Shown here: piece after piece, positions 51,505 through 64,000 of the stretch
Numbering within the stretch: position 1 is the stretch's first letter
Layout: every line of letters begins with the position of its first letter
Origin: Malacoraja senta
Lineage: Eukaryota
Length of the DNA stretch: 64,000 bases
Direction: 5' to 3'
Assembly: GCA_038087875.1 (NCBI GenBank)
Contig: CM075982.1
Coordinates: 38,750,001-38,814,000, forward strand
The notes under the pieces: model-generated
Databases searched by the model: none
What the model was told of the DNA's origin: nothing
The model's input: only the letters and a program-made list of their open reading frames with translations
Made by a program: the position numbers and the translations under genes

Positions 51505-52203
51505 GGAACTCAGAGGGCCCGGCAGCATCTCTGCAGCAAATGGAGAGACAATGGCTCGGAACTCTTCAAATTGATGGAGGGGAGGGATGAGAAAGCTGGA
51601 AACGAGGGATGGAGGTGGAGCAGAGCCTGGCAAGATGGGTGGTTAACGGAGTGGGGGGGGGGGGGGAGGGAGCGGGGGTGTTGCTGATCGGCAGAGGGCA
51701 AAGAAAGTGACAAAGGCTGAAGGCGAAAAGGAAACAAAAAAGTGTGTCAGTTAAGGAGAGAAGAGGAGGTAAGAATATAAAAAAGGTGGGAAGAGGGATA
51801 AAAAGGAACAGTGGGATAGGAGATGAGTGTATGAAGAAGGGGAAAAGAGCAGGGTGACTGGAGTGGTGGGAGAAATGTGTGTGCATCAGGGTGGGTGGGG
51901 GGGGGGGGAGGGTGCAGGGGAAAGAGAAGGGATTAGGGTGATGTAGGAAATGGAGGATTCAATGTTCATACCTGTTGGGTTGTAGGCTACTTAAGCAGGA
52001 TATGAAGTACTGCTCTTCCAGTTTGCGTGTGCCTTCACTCTGGTAATGGTGGAAGCAAGATCACAAAGGTTGGTATGAGAATGGAAAGTGGCATTAAAAT
52101 GGTTAGCAACCTGGAGCGCCAGCAGGCCTTGGTTGACTGAGCGAAGTGTTGGACGAAATGGTCGCCTAGTCTACGCTTGATCTTGGGAGACTACATCAGG
52201 AGA
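51505..52203 (-). mobile_element. Second copy of the Penelope-like GIY-YIG / 3' UTR segment
   Basis: KRRLGDHFVQH..SVNQG...VANHFN...TRKLEEQYFI..L.SLQP; direct repeat of about 49555-50194. Confidence 0.8.
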
Positions 52204-52924
52204 ACCTGTATTCTCTGACCCCCCCCCCCCCTCACCCCTTTCCTATCCCTGTCAGCTTTGCAGGAAGCATTTAATGAGTCGGAAGCAACTGCAGATGCTG
52301 GTTTACACCGAAGACAGACACAAAATGCTGGATTAACTCAACGGGTCAGGCCGCGTCTCTGGAGAAAAGGAATAGGTGACCTTTCGGGTCGAGACCCTTC
52401 TTTAGAGTGAGAATCCGGGGAGAGGGAAATGAGATGTATGAAAAGATTCAGGCGTTTGATGAGCATTGCCTCATGGGGCTGTGAAGGCTTTCCTGATGAT
52501 TGTCCCTGTATTTTTCCATCTCAGGCAAAGCCTAATGCAGGCTGGCAGTTTGATGGGCTGCAGGCGTGTGCCATATGTTAACACAAGGTGTGAGAGCAGA
52601 GCAGATACCCTGCTGAGGCAGTAAAAGCAGATGTCGCCTCTCTCTGTTACCTCATTATTATGAGCGTTTGAGGCTTGCACCATTAAATAAATTGATTTAC
52701 AGTCTCATCTCTCTGTGTCCCTGTCTTCTGGAGCTGCCTCTTTAAAAACCCCAGTTTCACATACTGTGGCGATAATCTTATCTGAACATGAGAATCGCAA
52801 CATCTCTCTGGTGAGAGGTTTGGCTGTCAAACCGGTATCGTTGGACAATGGAACTGAAAGCATGGGAGGGGAGTAAAATTGATAGCCTGGAACACAAAGT
52901 CTGTGACGAACATGATGTCAAGAT

Positions 52925-53530
52925 AAACCAATCTCAGCTGCTTGCACATGATCCATACCCCTCCATTCTCTGCATATCCACGTGTCTATCTAAAAGTCTT
53001 AAATGCTATCATCATATCTGCCTCTACCATCACTCCTGGCAACGTGTTCCAGGCACTCACTATGTAAAGAACCTGCCCTGCACATCCCCTTTAAACTTTG
53101 CCCTCTAGTCTTTGACATTTCCACCCTGGAAAAAAGGTTCTGGCAATCTACCCTTTCGACTGTCTTCCAGAAGGAGAAACAGAAAACCTTCCAAGAATAG
53201 TGTGTTTCCACTCAAGATAGAAAGAGCATTTGGCCCATCGAATATATGCTTGCTCACAGAGCAAGCCCATTCACCACTTTCCTTGTAACCTATTCTTCTC
53301 ACGTTCCCATCAACTCCTTCAGATTCTAACACTCACCTGCACACAGGGACAATTTACAGTGATCAATTAACCAACCAAGCCTCATGTCTTTCAGATGTGG
53401 GAGGGAACCGGAGCACTCAGGAGAAACCCATGGAATCACAGGGAGAAGGTACCAACTCCACACAGATTACACCTGAAGTCAGAATTGAACCAGGGTCGCT
53501 GGAGTTATGAGGCAAGGCACCCTCTTCCAC
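52925..53530 (-). mobile_element. CR1 3' fragment (52925-53160) and V-SINE (53200-53530)
   Basis: ORF 52999-53211 RVDCQNLFSRVEMSKTRG; SINE V-domain. Confidence 0.72.
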
Positions 53531-54775
53531 TTTGATGGAGGAGGCTATAAGCTGAAAATAAATCAGAGCTCAAATAAATTATCATTAATTATTAGTGGGG
53601 GTGAAATGCAATGTCCTCAGGACCTGATGACACACAGCCCAAGTTTTAATAGAGACAGTTATGGAGATCCCTCACAAGAGTTTATTAAATAAAATCCGAG
53701 ACACAGCATCGGTAGTGATAGATGTTATTATTCGGGTGTCACAGGGATCAGTGTTGGGGTTCCAACAGTTCACAGTTTATAGCACCACGTGGTAAGTGGG
53801 TCAAGTTTGCTGATCCATTTTTGCTGGTGATACAAAGTTAGACGGAAGTGGGGGCTGTGTGGACAATGCAGAGAATTCTATAGAATGGACCAGAATAATG
53901 AAATCCTTGCGTGCTCCACATTAAATGCAACAACACAACAATACAACACAACAAATGAATTAACAATAAGTTATCAATTATTCAAGTTAATCCAGATCAT
54001 GACAGTGCATGCCAAAGTCTGCGTACAGAGATGGATGCAACAGGTATCTACAAAAAGCACACCAAACATGCACTTACTCTGATCAGCACCAAATACTAAA
54101 ACAATTGCCATTAATCTCAATAACTACTAATGCACTGAGAAAATACGTGACAGAAGAGCTGAGAAGCTCATTATTCTTGCACAGACTTCACAAAGGGAAA
54201 ACACACCATCTGCCTTCAATTTTGCTTGCTGTATCTTGCACCCCTTATGAACTGGCACACCCAGATCCCACCTACACCAACAATCGCCAGCTCCTTGCCA
54301 GTTCGACAAGATTACTATTTTTCCTATTGGAGTACCTTGAGTCACCTTTTCGCACATTATATCCATTTTCAGATACACCATTGTCTTTGTTATTTATCCG
54401 TACCATCTAAGTTTAATTGATCAATATACTTGGATACATCACACTGACTTTTTATCTCGGCCAATAATATAACATGTCACTAGCCAAGGGTCCAGGACTA
54501 ATTACATGACACAGGCTCAGTAACATTCTGCCACTCTGAAAACCAACAATTCATTCCTACTGCAGTTGCTTCCTGCTGCCAACATCATTTCTCACTGCTA
54601 AAGCCAACATCATTTCTTGCCAAGATTATGAATACTCTGGAATTCTGTGGAATATTTATTTTTCATTGGAACCTACATTTGTTAAAAATTATGAAATGAT
54701 TGCCATGGTTTATTTATAGGAATATTTTAAACCTAATTTGCCAATCTATTTGGTCAGTATACCTACTCCTCATGT

Positions 54776-54926
54776 GTAGGAAGGAACTGCTGGGTTTTAC
54801 CGAAGATAGACACAAAATGCTGGAGTAACTCAGCGGGACAGGCAGCATCTCTGGAGAGAAGGAATGGGTGATGTTTCGGGTCGAGACCCTTCTTCAGTCT
54901 GAAGAAGGGTCTCGACCCGAAACATC
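54776..54926. mobile_element. Penelope-derived insertion with two head-to-head hammerhead cores and 15-bp TSD (1 mismatch)
   Basis: acctactcctc(a/g)tgt at 54761-54775 and 54927-54941; perfect palindrome at 54867-54929. Confidence 0.87.
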
Positions 54927-55252
54927 ACCTACTCCTCGTGTTGGTTTTATTTGGCAGAAAACAATTCAGCAATGCGGGAAGATCTGAGCTCCTTAAGCAA
55001 CATTTGTGGAGACGGATACTAATCAATGTTCTGGGTCAAAGGTTGACTGAATTCTATTTTTGTTTCAGATTTTGTTTCCAGCAAATACTGTTTTATTTGT
55101 TATCCTGTTTTAATTAGCAGGATTCCAGTTTCTGACTGCTCTGTGTCTCTCTTAAGCTGCAGCCAAAATTCTATCAATGTGACCACTTCTGAAATCATCA
55201 ATTAACCCTAGTTCATGTCACGAGCTAAAGTCTAAGATAATTTGTTTTATAA

Positions 55253-55570
55253 TTTAGTTTAGTTTTAGTTTATAGATACAGCGCGGAAACAGGCTCTTCG
55301 GTCCACCGAGACCGACCAGCGATCCCCACACATTAACATTACCCAGCACACACTAGGGACAATTCACACTTATACCAAGCCAATTAACCTACAAACCTAA
55401 ACATCTTTGGAGTGTGGGAGGAAACCGAAGATCTCGGAGAAAACCTGCATGGACACGGGGAGAAGGTACAATCTCCGTACAGACAGCACCCTTGGTCGGG
55501 ATCAAACCAGGGTCTCTTGCGCTGCAAGCGCTGTAAAGCAGCAACTGTACCACTGCACCACTGTGCACCC
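55253..55570 (-). mobile_element. HE1/V-SINE
   Basis: (TTTAG)n tail at 55253; head near 55570. Confidence 0.88.
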
Positions 55571-56819
55571 TAATCAGGATTCCATGATGATCTATTGCTG
55601 CCTGACCTGCTGAGTCTTCCCAGTGTTTTTATTTTTGATGCAGATTTCCAACCTCCACAGTTTTTGCTTCCATCCCAACAACTGTTGCTTTCTGTCCTAG
55701 CGTGCCATCAACTCCATGGCTTCTGGCAAATAGCTTACAAATTGCAACAACAAAGTATATAATGGAGAAATGCCACTCCTCAAATTAGCATGGATTTATG
55801 ACGTTTTAATTTGTTTTAAATTATATTCTGTGGGAAGATGATCAGAAAGTAAAATAAGTCAATTAAAGCTAAGTATTTGTAAATGTTATGTTTAATATAC
55901 ATTGGTTGGTTAGAATGAAGGGCCATTTGTTTAAACAGAAGGTGACCATATCTTTCTTAAGAAAACATAACACGCCATGACACCTTAATATCACAGTGAA
56001 ATTACATCTATACCAGTCAATTCACCTTGTCCGAGCGAACTCAGTCTCACCATCTCAGCCTTCACCTAAGGATGGCATTTTCCAGTTTTGTGTCAAAGGT
56101 GCTTGTTTTAACTTTCCAACTTCATCATGAACCCTGTCGGCTCAACTGTAATGTCATCATGCACTGTGGGATGGTGGTGTCAGATGGATGTTATGAATTT
56201 TATCAACAATCACACACCAAGTCCAGTCTTTTGTTCGACTGAAATAGTAGAAGAGAGAGTTGGCTATGTCATATCATGAGCAGGCATTTTATAATACAAG
56301 GTAGAATAACTCTTGTTGTCTCTGCTCACAGCTTTATCAATGGGCTTCATTCTGCTGATGGCTAACAGCCAGTTCTTTAGTGTAACCCAGATGTATGGAA
56401 TACGGTGGTGGTCAGACCTGGGTACTTCTGCCCTCTTGCTCTATCCCTGGACTACCACTGAGTCCATTGGTTTTTTGTGACACCCTTGAGTTGAGGAGCA
56501 GGATGCACTTCCTATCTGGCTCTTTAGCTTTATTCACCCCATTCAGGTGGATGGGGTCACTGAACATCACTAAACCGAAAGGTGAAGGCAAATTATTTGT
56601 TTGTGTTTCTTACTTTAACATATGTTTAACATTAATTCTTTTTAAAGTATTTATTAATATTTTTTCATCTCTTAATTATTCAAATGTTTTCCATTCTTAA
56701 TGGTCTCTGATCACCAGAGACGTTGATACAGTGAAAAGGCAGCATTCTGTAGTTTTTGGCAAGACATGTATTGGATGGTCAACTATGGCCTTTGTTTGGG
56801 AAAGGATTAGAGTTCAGAA

Positions 56820-57090
56820 ATCAGAGACCCAGCATGAAAACAGGCCTTTTAGGTGCACAGAGTCCACGCATTGCTCACCCCCTTTTATACTAGTTCTATG
56901 TTGCCTCCACTTACTCATTTACTCCCTACACTCAAGGAACAAGTTACCTAGGCCAATTGACCTACAAATCTGCACTTCTTTGCGATGGGGGAGGAAACCA
57001 GAGCACCCAGAGGAAATGCATGCAGTCACAGTGCCAAATTCACACAGCCATCGTTGGTGGTCAGGGTCAAACTCAGGTATGAGTGCCGCC
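56820..57090 (-). mobile_element. V-SINE (old)
   Basis: gggaggaaaccagagcacccagagg V-domain. Confidence 0.7.
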
Positions 57091-57914
57091 CTATATTTAC
57101 AGATTGGACATTTTTAATCAATATGAAATAAGTAAGAACTAAAGCAAAATACGTGATGTGATTTTTCAAACATTCAACGGTTGATCTTGAATCAAAATCA
57201 AATCGTTGTTTTTCAGATGCACATTCTAAAGCCTGCGCCAAGAAATAAAATGAATAATGAATTCATGGGCCACTTTGGAAATGTAACCAGATTCAAGGAG
57301 ATGGGAAAAAAGTTAATGGATCGATGGATTTGAGCTCAACTTTTCCAGAGGTGCAGTTATTCTTGATCAGGCGATGTACTTGCTTTAGCAGAAGCGGTGG
57401 GTGCAGCCAGGGTATTTGAAATAACAGGTAGGCTGATGAAAATGTCAAACCCTCAGGCATCCTGTCTCCTGGGAAGGGATGAGGGTCAATGCTGATGGTC
57501 AACAGGAACTAAAGAATACAAGCCAGAATAACAGGGCGTGGATGCTAAACATAGAGCTAATGTGGATGATAACATGAGCTCGCAGGCACAGATTATGTGG
57601 CAAGCTCAAGCCATGGTATCAAGTCCTCAAGGGCAAGAACGGCTGTAGCTGACAAATTCACCATTAAGGAGAACCTACCATAAGTGATAAATGCATCATG
57701 AACCAGATGGAGCAAAGCCAAGCTCAGAAACAGTTGCAGCCAATGTAGAGATAAAAACACCAAATGACAAGGGAGAACTTACATGAGCTATGCCAAACCA
57801 TAAAATCTTTCATTCCTCACATTCAGAACGTGGATAACCTGTGAGAATAGATGAAAGTGATGGTTCACTACCAAAGGCCGTGATCTCATGATGTGAGTTT
57901 CAAGAAACTCACAA

Positions 57915-58220
57915 GGCGGCACGGCGGAGCAGCGGTAGAGTTGCTGCCTTACAGCGCCAGAGACCTAGGTTCGATCCTGCCTATAGGTGCTGCCTGTGTG
58001 GAGTTCGTACATTCTTCCTGTGACCACGTGCGTTTTCTCCAGGTGCTCTTGTTTTTTGCTCCCACACTACAAAGATGTACAGGTTTGTAGGTTAATTGGC
58101 TTTGGTAAAGATTGTAAATTGTCTCCCGTGTGTAGGATAGTGCATGTGTATTTGGGGATCGCTGGTCAGTGCAGACTCGGTGGGCCGAAGGGCCTGTTTC
58201 TATTCTGCATCTCTAAATAA
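57915..58220 (+). mobile_element. HE1/V-SINE
   Basis: ggcggcacggcggagcagcggtagag head, B-box, V-domain, tail. Confidence 0.9.
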
Positions 58221-59791
58221 GAAAACAGAGGCGATAAAGGTTGAGCAGTCATAGCCAGTAGCAGGATGTTACTGGACAATAAGTGATGATATTTAACTGG
58301 AAATTAGCTTTCGAGCCGTTGGATCCAGATCTTTAGATCCAAAGAATGCAAGGAGCGATATTTCTAAAGACCATATGGGACCGTTGAAGTGTAAGGTAAG
58401 AGTTAGATTAACTGTCGCCTGGATTGATGTTTAAAGAGAGAAGAGTAGAAATGTATGCAATATGTCAGTATTACAGAGGATCACATAAAAGTCAGAGCTA
58501 ATGCAACAGAAAAAAATCAAGAGTAACAACAGTGGGACTGTAACGTCTACAGTAACAGGAATAACTAACCATAATCTTATCAAAACAAGGCACCAATACC
58601 TCACTGACGGAAATGACCACAGTCAAATTAACAAAATGGAAAGGTAATATTTCATCGTATTGGATATTTCAGAGTAGAATTTTGGTGGTGAGTTTGATAA
58701 AGATAAAATAAATAATTGAGTTAAAATATTATGTTAAAAGAATGGAAATAAAAGAGAGCAAAGGGGATTTTATAAATTGTAAAAATAAATAGACAATTGT
58801 AATAATAAGCATACCACTTTATGTTTGTATCACATCACACATTGGTTCATTACACTATACCGAATGAGTGCACATTATATAATTTATCAGAGCACATGGT
58901 CGGAGCTGGATAGTTAAACAAGTTTTGAACACCTTTGTCTGGAATTCTAATTAATAGTTCCCCGGAACACAAACAAGATGTAACGCATTGAATCAAGAGT
59001 GGACTCGTCAGCACCTCAAAGCATTCCAACATTCACTTAGAACATGATCGATCTAATCCACAGCATTAAATTGTGAGCTCATGTCATTTTCCTGGATTTT
59101 GTACAAAATTGAAAGAATTTGAAACAAGCTGGTTTCCAGACAACTGCCAATAAATGTGAATAACGTGGTTCATTCATTAAAAGTGCAGGAGTGTCTGATT
59201 GTCCTAAGGGTCCTTTCAACTGTATGATATATAGCTCAGAATTGTATCCTATACTTACACCTGGGAGGGCAGCACACACTAAAATATTTCAGGGTGAAAG
59301 ACTGTTCTCAGCTTTCTCCCCCTACTCTGAAGAAGGGTCCCGACCCAAAATATCACCTGTCCATGTTCTCCAAATCTGCTGCCTGACCCGCTTACTCCAG
59401 CACATTGTGCCTTTTTTGGGGGCAAATCAGCATCTGCAGTTCCTTGTGTCTACAACACTCTGTTCACATACTCCATCCTCTTCACTGGATGCTCAATAGC
59501 TCCCCTGGGTTGGCTGACCACTTGTTAGAGTTTGACTTCAGAGAGAAATATTGAAAAATGACGAGAACTTTCATAATATCTACATCTGTCTCCAATTCAT
59601 CTCACCCTGTCTGGGTTTGTGCTGGGACCATTGGATAGTGGAAGTGTTAAGATTTGGGCTCAGTTCTGCTTTGGTCTATTGGAGATGATACAGTATTAGG
59701 TGAGGAGAGACGATTAGAAAGGCCCATCCATTTTCTTTTAAAAATGTAAAAGATTTTGTAAATGCCATGGAGAACAGGTCCAAAGTTAATC

Positions 59792-60064
59792 TGTGCAGAA
59801 AGGAACTGCAAATGCTGGTATATACCAAGTACAGACAAAAAGTGCTGGAGTAACTCAGCGCGTCAGGCAGCATTTCTGGAGAAAAAGGATGGGTGATGTT
59901 TCAGAGTCAGAATGGGACTGAGTTCCTCAGTCTGACGAAGGGTCCCGACCCGAAACGTCACCCATCCTTTTTCTCCAGAGATGCTGCCTGACTCGCTGAG
60001 TTACTCCAGCATTTTGTGCCTATCTTCGGTTAAAAACCACCATCTGCAGTTCCTTCCTACACAT
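59792..60064. mobile_element. Complete Penelope-derived fold-back element (arms of about 110 bp)
   Basis: tgtgcagaaaggaactgc ... gcagttccttcctacaca; intact core on the + strand. Confidence 0.85.
59932..59959 (+). ncRNA. Minimal type I hammerhead ribozyme core motif
   Basis: CTGACGA A GGGT CCCG ACCC GAAA CGTC. Confidence 0.6.
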
Positions 60065-60599
60065 GATTGTAACCATGTATAGTCTTTCCGCTGAGTGGAT
60101 AGCACGCAACAAAATAGCGTTTCACTGTACCTTGGTACACGTGACAATAAACTAAGCGAAACTAAAAAAAAGATATATCGACTTTTAAACAAGTAAAAAA
60201 ATTGCCATTTAATTTCAAAGGGATGTTGCATCAGTCCACATTCTGTGAAATACACTGTGGATCAAGAATGAAAGCAGATTTAGTAAACAAAGCGCAGTCA
60301 GACAGTGTTTAAAACTATTCATAATATTTCCCAAGGAGCGCACTCATTGAAAGCAAATGGAGTGTGGTACAGCAGTGCAATTTCTCTCAATTGTGGGTGT
60401 TCTGGGGCAAACTCCTTGCATTCAATAGAAGTGGATCGGATGAATTCATGGCTATCAGCTCATTACCAAGTATTGGTTCAGTTTACGCAGCATGAATCAT
60501 GGCTAAGCATGGCAGGTTGCGACAATACTCAGAGTTTGCAGAAGCATAGCATCACATTCCTACAAACACCAACTGAAGCAGGAGGATCCGGTACAGAAA

Positions 60600-61935
60600 G
60601 TTGCTCAATGCTGGTCGGGGGACACGGATGACATCCTATGCTTTGAGTCAGTGGACTGGTCCATATTCAGGGATTCTGCAACCAACCTGAATGAGAACGC
60701 CACTCCCGTGACTGACTTCATCAGCCAGTGCGGAGAGGTGTGCTGATGAAGACAATCCGAGTGCTCCCTCAGGAAAAACCATGAATGAACCATGAGGTAC
60801 ACTCACAGGTGAAGGCCTGGTCCGCTGCATACGTCAAACGATCCCGAGCAGTACAAGAAAGCTCACTATGATCTTTGCAAATCCATCAAGAATGCAAATA
60901 GATAATACAGGGACAAGCTTGAGTCCCAGTATAATCATTCAGCCACTTGCAGTCTTTGGCAAGGCCTGAATACTATAATAGGCTGCAAAGTGAATTCAGG
61001 CAACATCGCCGGTGATAGTGAGGCTCTACCTGATGAACAATGCATTCTAGGATCACTTTCAGCAGAAGGCCAATGGGGGATGATATCCGTTCCGTCAGAC
61101 TCAAATGGGTCGTTTTCTAAGGTCACTGTTGCCGACGTTAGATTGGCCTTCCTGAGGGTGATCCCATGGAAAGCAATTGGCCTGGATGGAGTCCCTGGCC
61201 GTGTCCTGAGAAGGTGCATGGACCAACGAACGGGAGTGTTCACGTACACCTGGAATCTCTTCCTACTCCGTTCTCAGGAAGACCACTATCATCCCAGTGC
61301 CGAAGAAAAGCAAGATTTCATGCCTTAACGACTACCATCCAGTGGCCTTTACATCCAGTGTCATGAAGTGCTTTGAGAGGCTGGTTATGGAAAGCATTAA
61401 ATCCAGTCAACCAAGCAACCTTGATCCACTGCAGTTCACCTACTATCAGAACAGGGTCTACGGCTGATGCCAATACATGGCCCTCCACCTATCCCTGAAT
61501 CACATGGATAAGAGAGACACCTACGTCAGAATTCTATTCATACACCACAGCTCTGCTTTCAATACCATTAAACCATCAAGCTCATCTTCAAACTCATGGA
61601 ACTTGTAGTCAGCACTCACCTCTTCAGCTGGATCCTCAACTTCCTGACCAACAGACCACAGTCAGTGAGGATAGGGGACAAATCATTCTCAACAATAATC
61701 CTCAACACTGGTGCCCCGCAGGGGTGCGTTCTCAGCCCCCTTCTTATGCACCCATGACTGTGTAGCCAAATACAAATCCAACTCAATTTACAAATTCTCA
61801 GGCAACACCACTGCAGTGGGCCGGATATCAAATAATGATGAGACGGAGTACAGGAAGGAGATTGTGAACCTTGTAACCAGGTGCTCAGACCATTGTAACC
61901 TAATGTCAGCAAGAGAAAAGAGATTGTGATCTTCA
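60600..61935 (+). mobile_element. Degenerate Rex1/Babar LINE RT region
   Basis: [53 protein letters not shown] and [10 protein letters not shown] motifs across frameshifts. Confidence 0.88.
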
Positions 61936-62546
61936 TGACACTGGATTGAATTTGAACAAATTCAAAAACTTGACCAGAACACTGAAAGTTAGTTTTCGCT
62001 GTTATCAAATTATTATTATTTTTGCATTCATCGAGATGAAATGGAATTTAATCAGAAATGAAAAGCTTAGTAAAGCCAATTTATCATAAAACAGTTATCA
62101 CAGGTGACAGTCTTAACAAAGAAGCTTTTCAGAACAATGTTATCTCTTCTCCAAACAATGAGTATGAAAATCAACCAGTAAATTAGTCTATTAAATAAAA
62201 AACATGTTGATTCAATCTGCTCCAGCAATAACCACGGCATTATTCTGTGGTTAATGTGTATTCTGGTTATGTCGGTTTATCTTGGAGCAGTAAATGATAC
62301 CTGGGTGTGTGGCATACCTCATGAAACTTACACTGCCATTGAGAGCATGGCCTTGTAGATAGAAGATCTCAAAGATGTGTCTTTTGTCACCTAATCAGAT
62401 AAGGTGATATAACAAAGTGCTGGAGAAGTCTGAAGAACCTCTGGAGATGTCAGACTTCTTCAGCGTGAAGAAGGATTCTGATCCAAAATGTCACCTATCC
62501 ATGCCCTCCAGAGATTCTGCCTGACCCGCTGAGTTACTCCAGCATT

Positions 62547-63250
62547 ACATAGATACATAAACAATAGGTGCAGGAGTAGGCCATTCGGCCCTTGGAGCCA
62601 GCACCTCCATTCAATGTGATCATGGCTGATCATCCACAATCAGTACTCTCTTCCTGCCTTCTCCCCATGTCTCTGTGACTCTGCTATCTTTAAGAGCTCT
62701 CTCTTGAAAGCATCCAGAGAATCAGCCTCCACTGCCTTCTGAGGCAGAGAATTCCACTGAATCACAACTCTCTGGGTGAAAAAGCTTATCCTCATCTCCG
62801 TTCTAAATGGCCTACACCTTATTCTTAATTTGTGGCCCCTGTTTCTGGCTTCCCCCAACATCAGGAACATATTTCCTGCCTCTAGCATGTCCAATCCATT
62901 AATAATCTTATATGTTTCAATAAGAATCCTCTCATCCTTCTAAATTTCAATGTATGCAAGCCCAGCCGCTCCATTCTTTCAACATATGACAGTCCCGCCA
63001 TCCCGGAAATTAACCTCGTGAACCTATGCTGCACTCCCTCAATAGCAAGAATGTCCTTCCTCAAATTTGGAGACCAAAACTGCACACAATACTCCAGGTG
63101 TGGTCTCACTTGGGCCCTGTACAACTGCAGAAGGACCTCTTTGCTCCTGTACTCAACTCCTCTTGTTATGAAGGCCAACATGCCATTAGCTTTCTTCACT
63201 GCCTGCTGTACCTGCATGCTTACTTTCAGTGACTGATGAACAAGGACACT
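62547..63250 (-). mobile_element. CR1 LINE 3' end (about 700 bp)
   Basis: ORFs 62882-63337 and 62640-62894 (RPHLEYCVQFWSPNLRKDI; FFTQRVV.QWNSLP). Confidence 0.9.
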
Positions 63251-63699
63251 GTTGTGTTCTATGCAAGATTTCAGCATCTTCAAATCCTTAATCTTCACAG
63301 AAAAGGTGATGTATCTTTTATTTTCACCGGAAGACAAAGTAGGTTTTGGAATTTCATGGATAGATGTTTGAAATCAGAGGGGGGGAAACAGCTCATCAGT
63401 GTGACATCTTGGATAATCCAGAAATCCAGGAATAGAAATAAAACATAGAACATGGAACATATAACAGTAGAGCACAGGAACAGGCCCTTCCAACCACAAT
63501 GTCTGTGCCAAACATGATGCCAAGTTAATTTCCTCTGCCTGCACGTGATCCATTTCCCTTCATTTCCAGTACATCCATGTTTTTCAGCTGGAATAGCTTT
63601 CTTTGTCAGCAATGCAATTAGTCAATAATTCAAAAATATCTATTGTTTGGAGTGCACCAGATTCCCTGGGACCATCAGAATTTCTTCATTCCTTTTAAT

Positions 63700-63890
63700 C
63701 ATTTATTCATTTATTTTTCAGGATCTGCATTTTTGCCAGTCGAGACAGCTTTTATTTCCCATCGTGAGTTGCCCTTGAGATGCTGGTGGAGATGCACCTG
63801 TTTGAACCTCTGCAATCATGCCGGTGGAAGTTCTCCTGCAATGCTCTTGTGGAGGGAATTCCAGGACTTAGACCCAGTGCTGAAGTATGA
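63700..63890 (-). mobile_element. Decayed LINE-derived 3' fragment
   Basis: tttatttcccatcgtgagttgcccttgagatgctggtgg...ggagggaattccaggactta resembles a common chondrichthyan repeat terminus (from recall). Confidence 0.45.
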
Positions 63891-64000
63891 TCCAAAATGT
63901 GTTTTCCATGCAGGATAGTGTGCCAGCCTGGTTTGATAGCCCATCTGTAAGCGGGCACATCTATCTTTGTGGAATTCCACCTGTATGGTGGAAACCCTAC

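Noticed and set aside
57290-58800. Purine-skewed region that might be a decayed LINE or pseudogene
   Set aside because: No protein motif could be recognised by eye. A translated search would be needed.

Overview
Eukaryotic vertebrate genomic DNA. The repeat content (HE1/V-SINE-type tRNA SINEs, CR1 LINEs with (TTTCTATG)n tails, Rex1/Babar, Penelope-like elements) points to a cartilaginous fish, probably a skate or ray (inference). One host gene is present on the + strand: an AP-2 transcription factor whose diagnostic residues fit TFAP2C (AP-2 gamma). Coding exons 2-7 are at 1049-1489, 2804-2855, 25662-25887, 35216-35334, 37171-37312 and 38131-38422. All introns are GT-AG, phases are consistent, and the exons give 423 codons plus stop. 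Exon 1 was not found and probably lies upstream of the window. The 3' UTR probably runs to an AATAAA at 41250 and carries a cluster of miR-10, miR-137 and Pumilio sites. Introns 3-4 and the downstream region are dense with transposable elements. The most striking accessory feature is a family of short non-autonomous Penelope-derived insertions. They carry a minimal type I hammerhead-ribozyme core (CTGANGA-A-GGGT-NNCG-RCCC-GAAA-CGTH), often form fold-back hairpins centred near that core, and are flanked by 8-16 bp target-site duplications. A decayed RT/GIY-YIG Penelope-like element with the same 3' end lies at 49.5-52.2 kb. Almost all ORFs in the supplied track are TE fragments or noise. Repeat boundaries are approximate unless a TSD or TIR is quoted.
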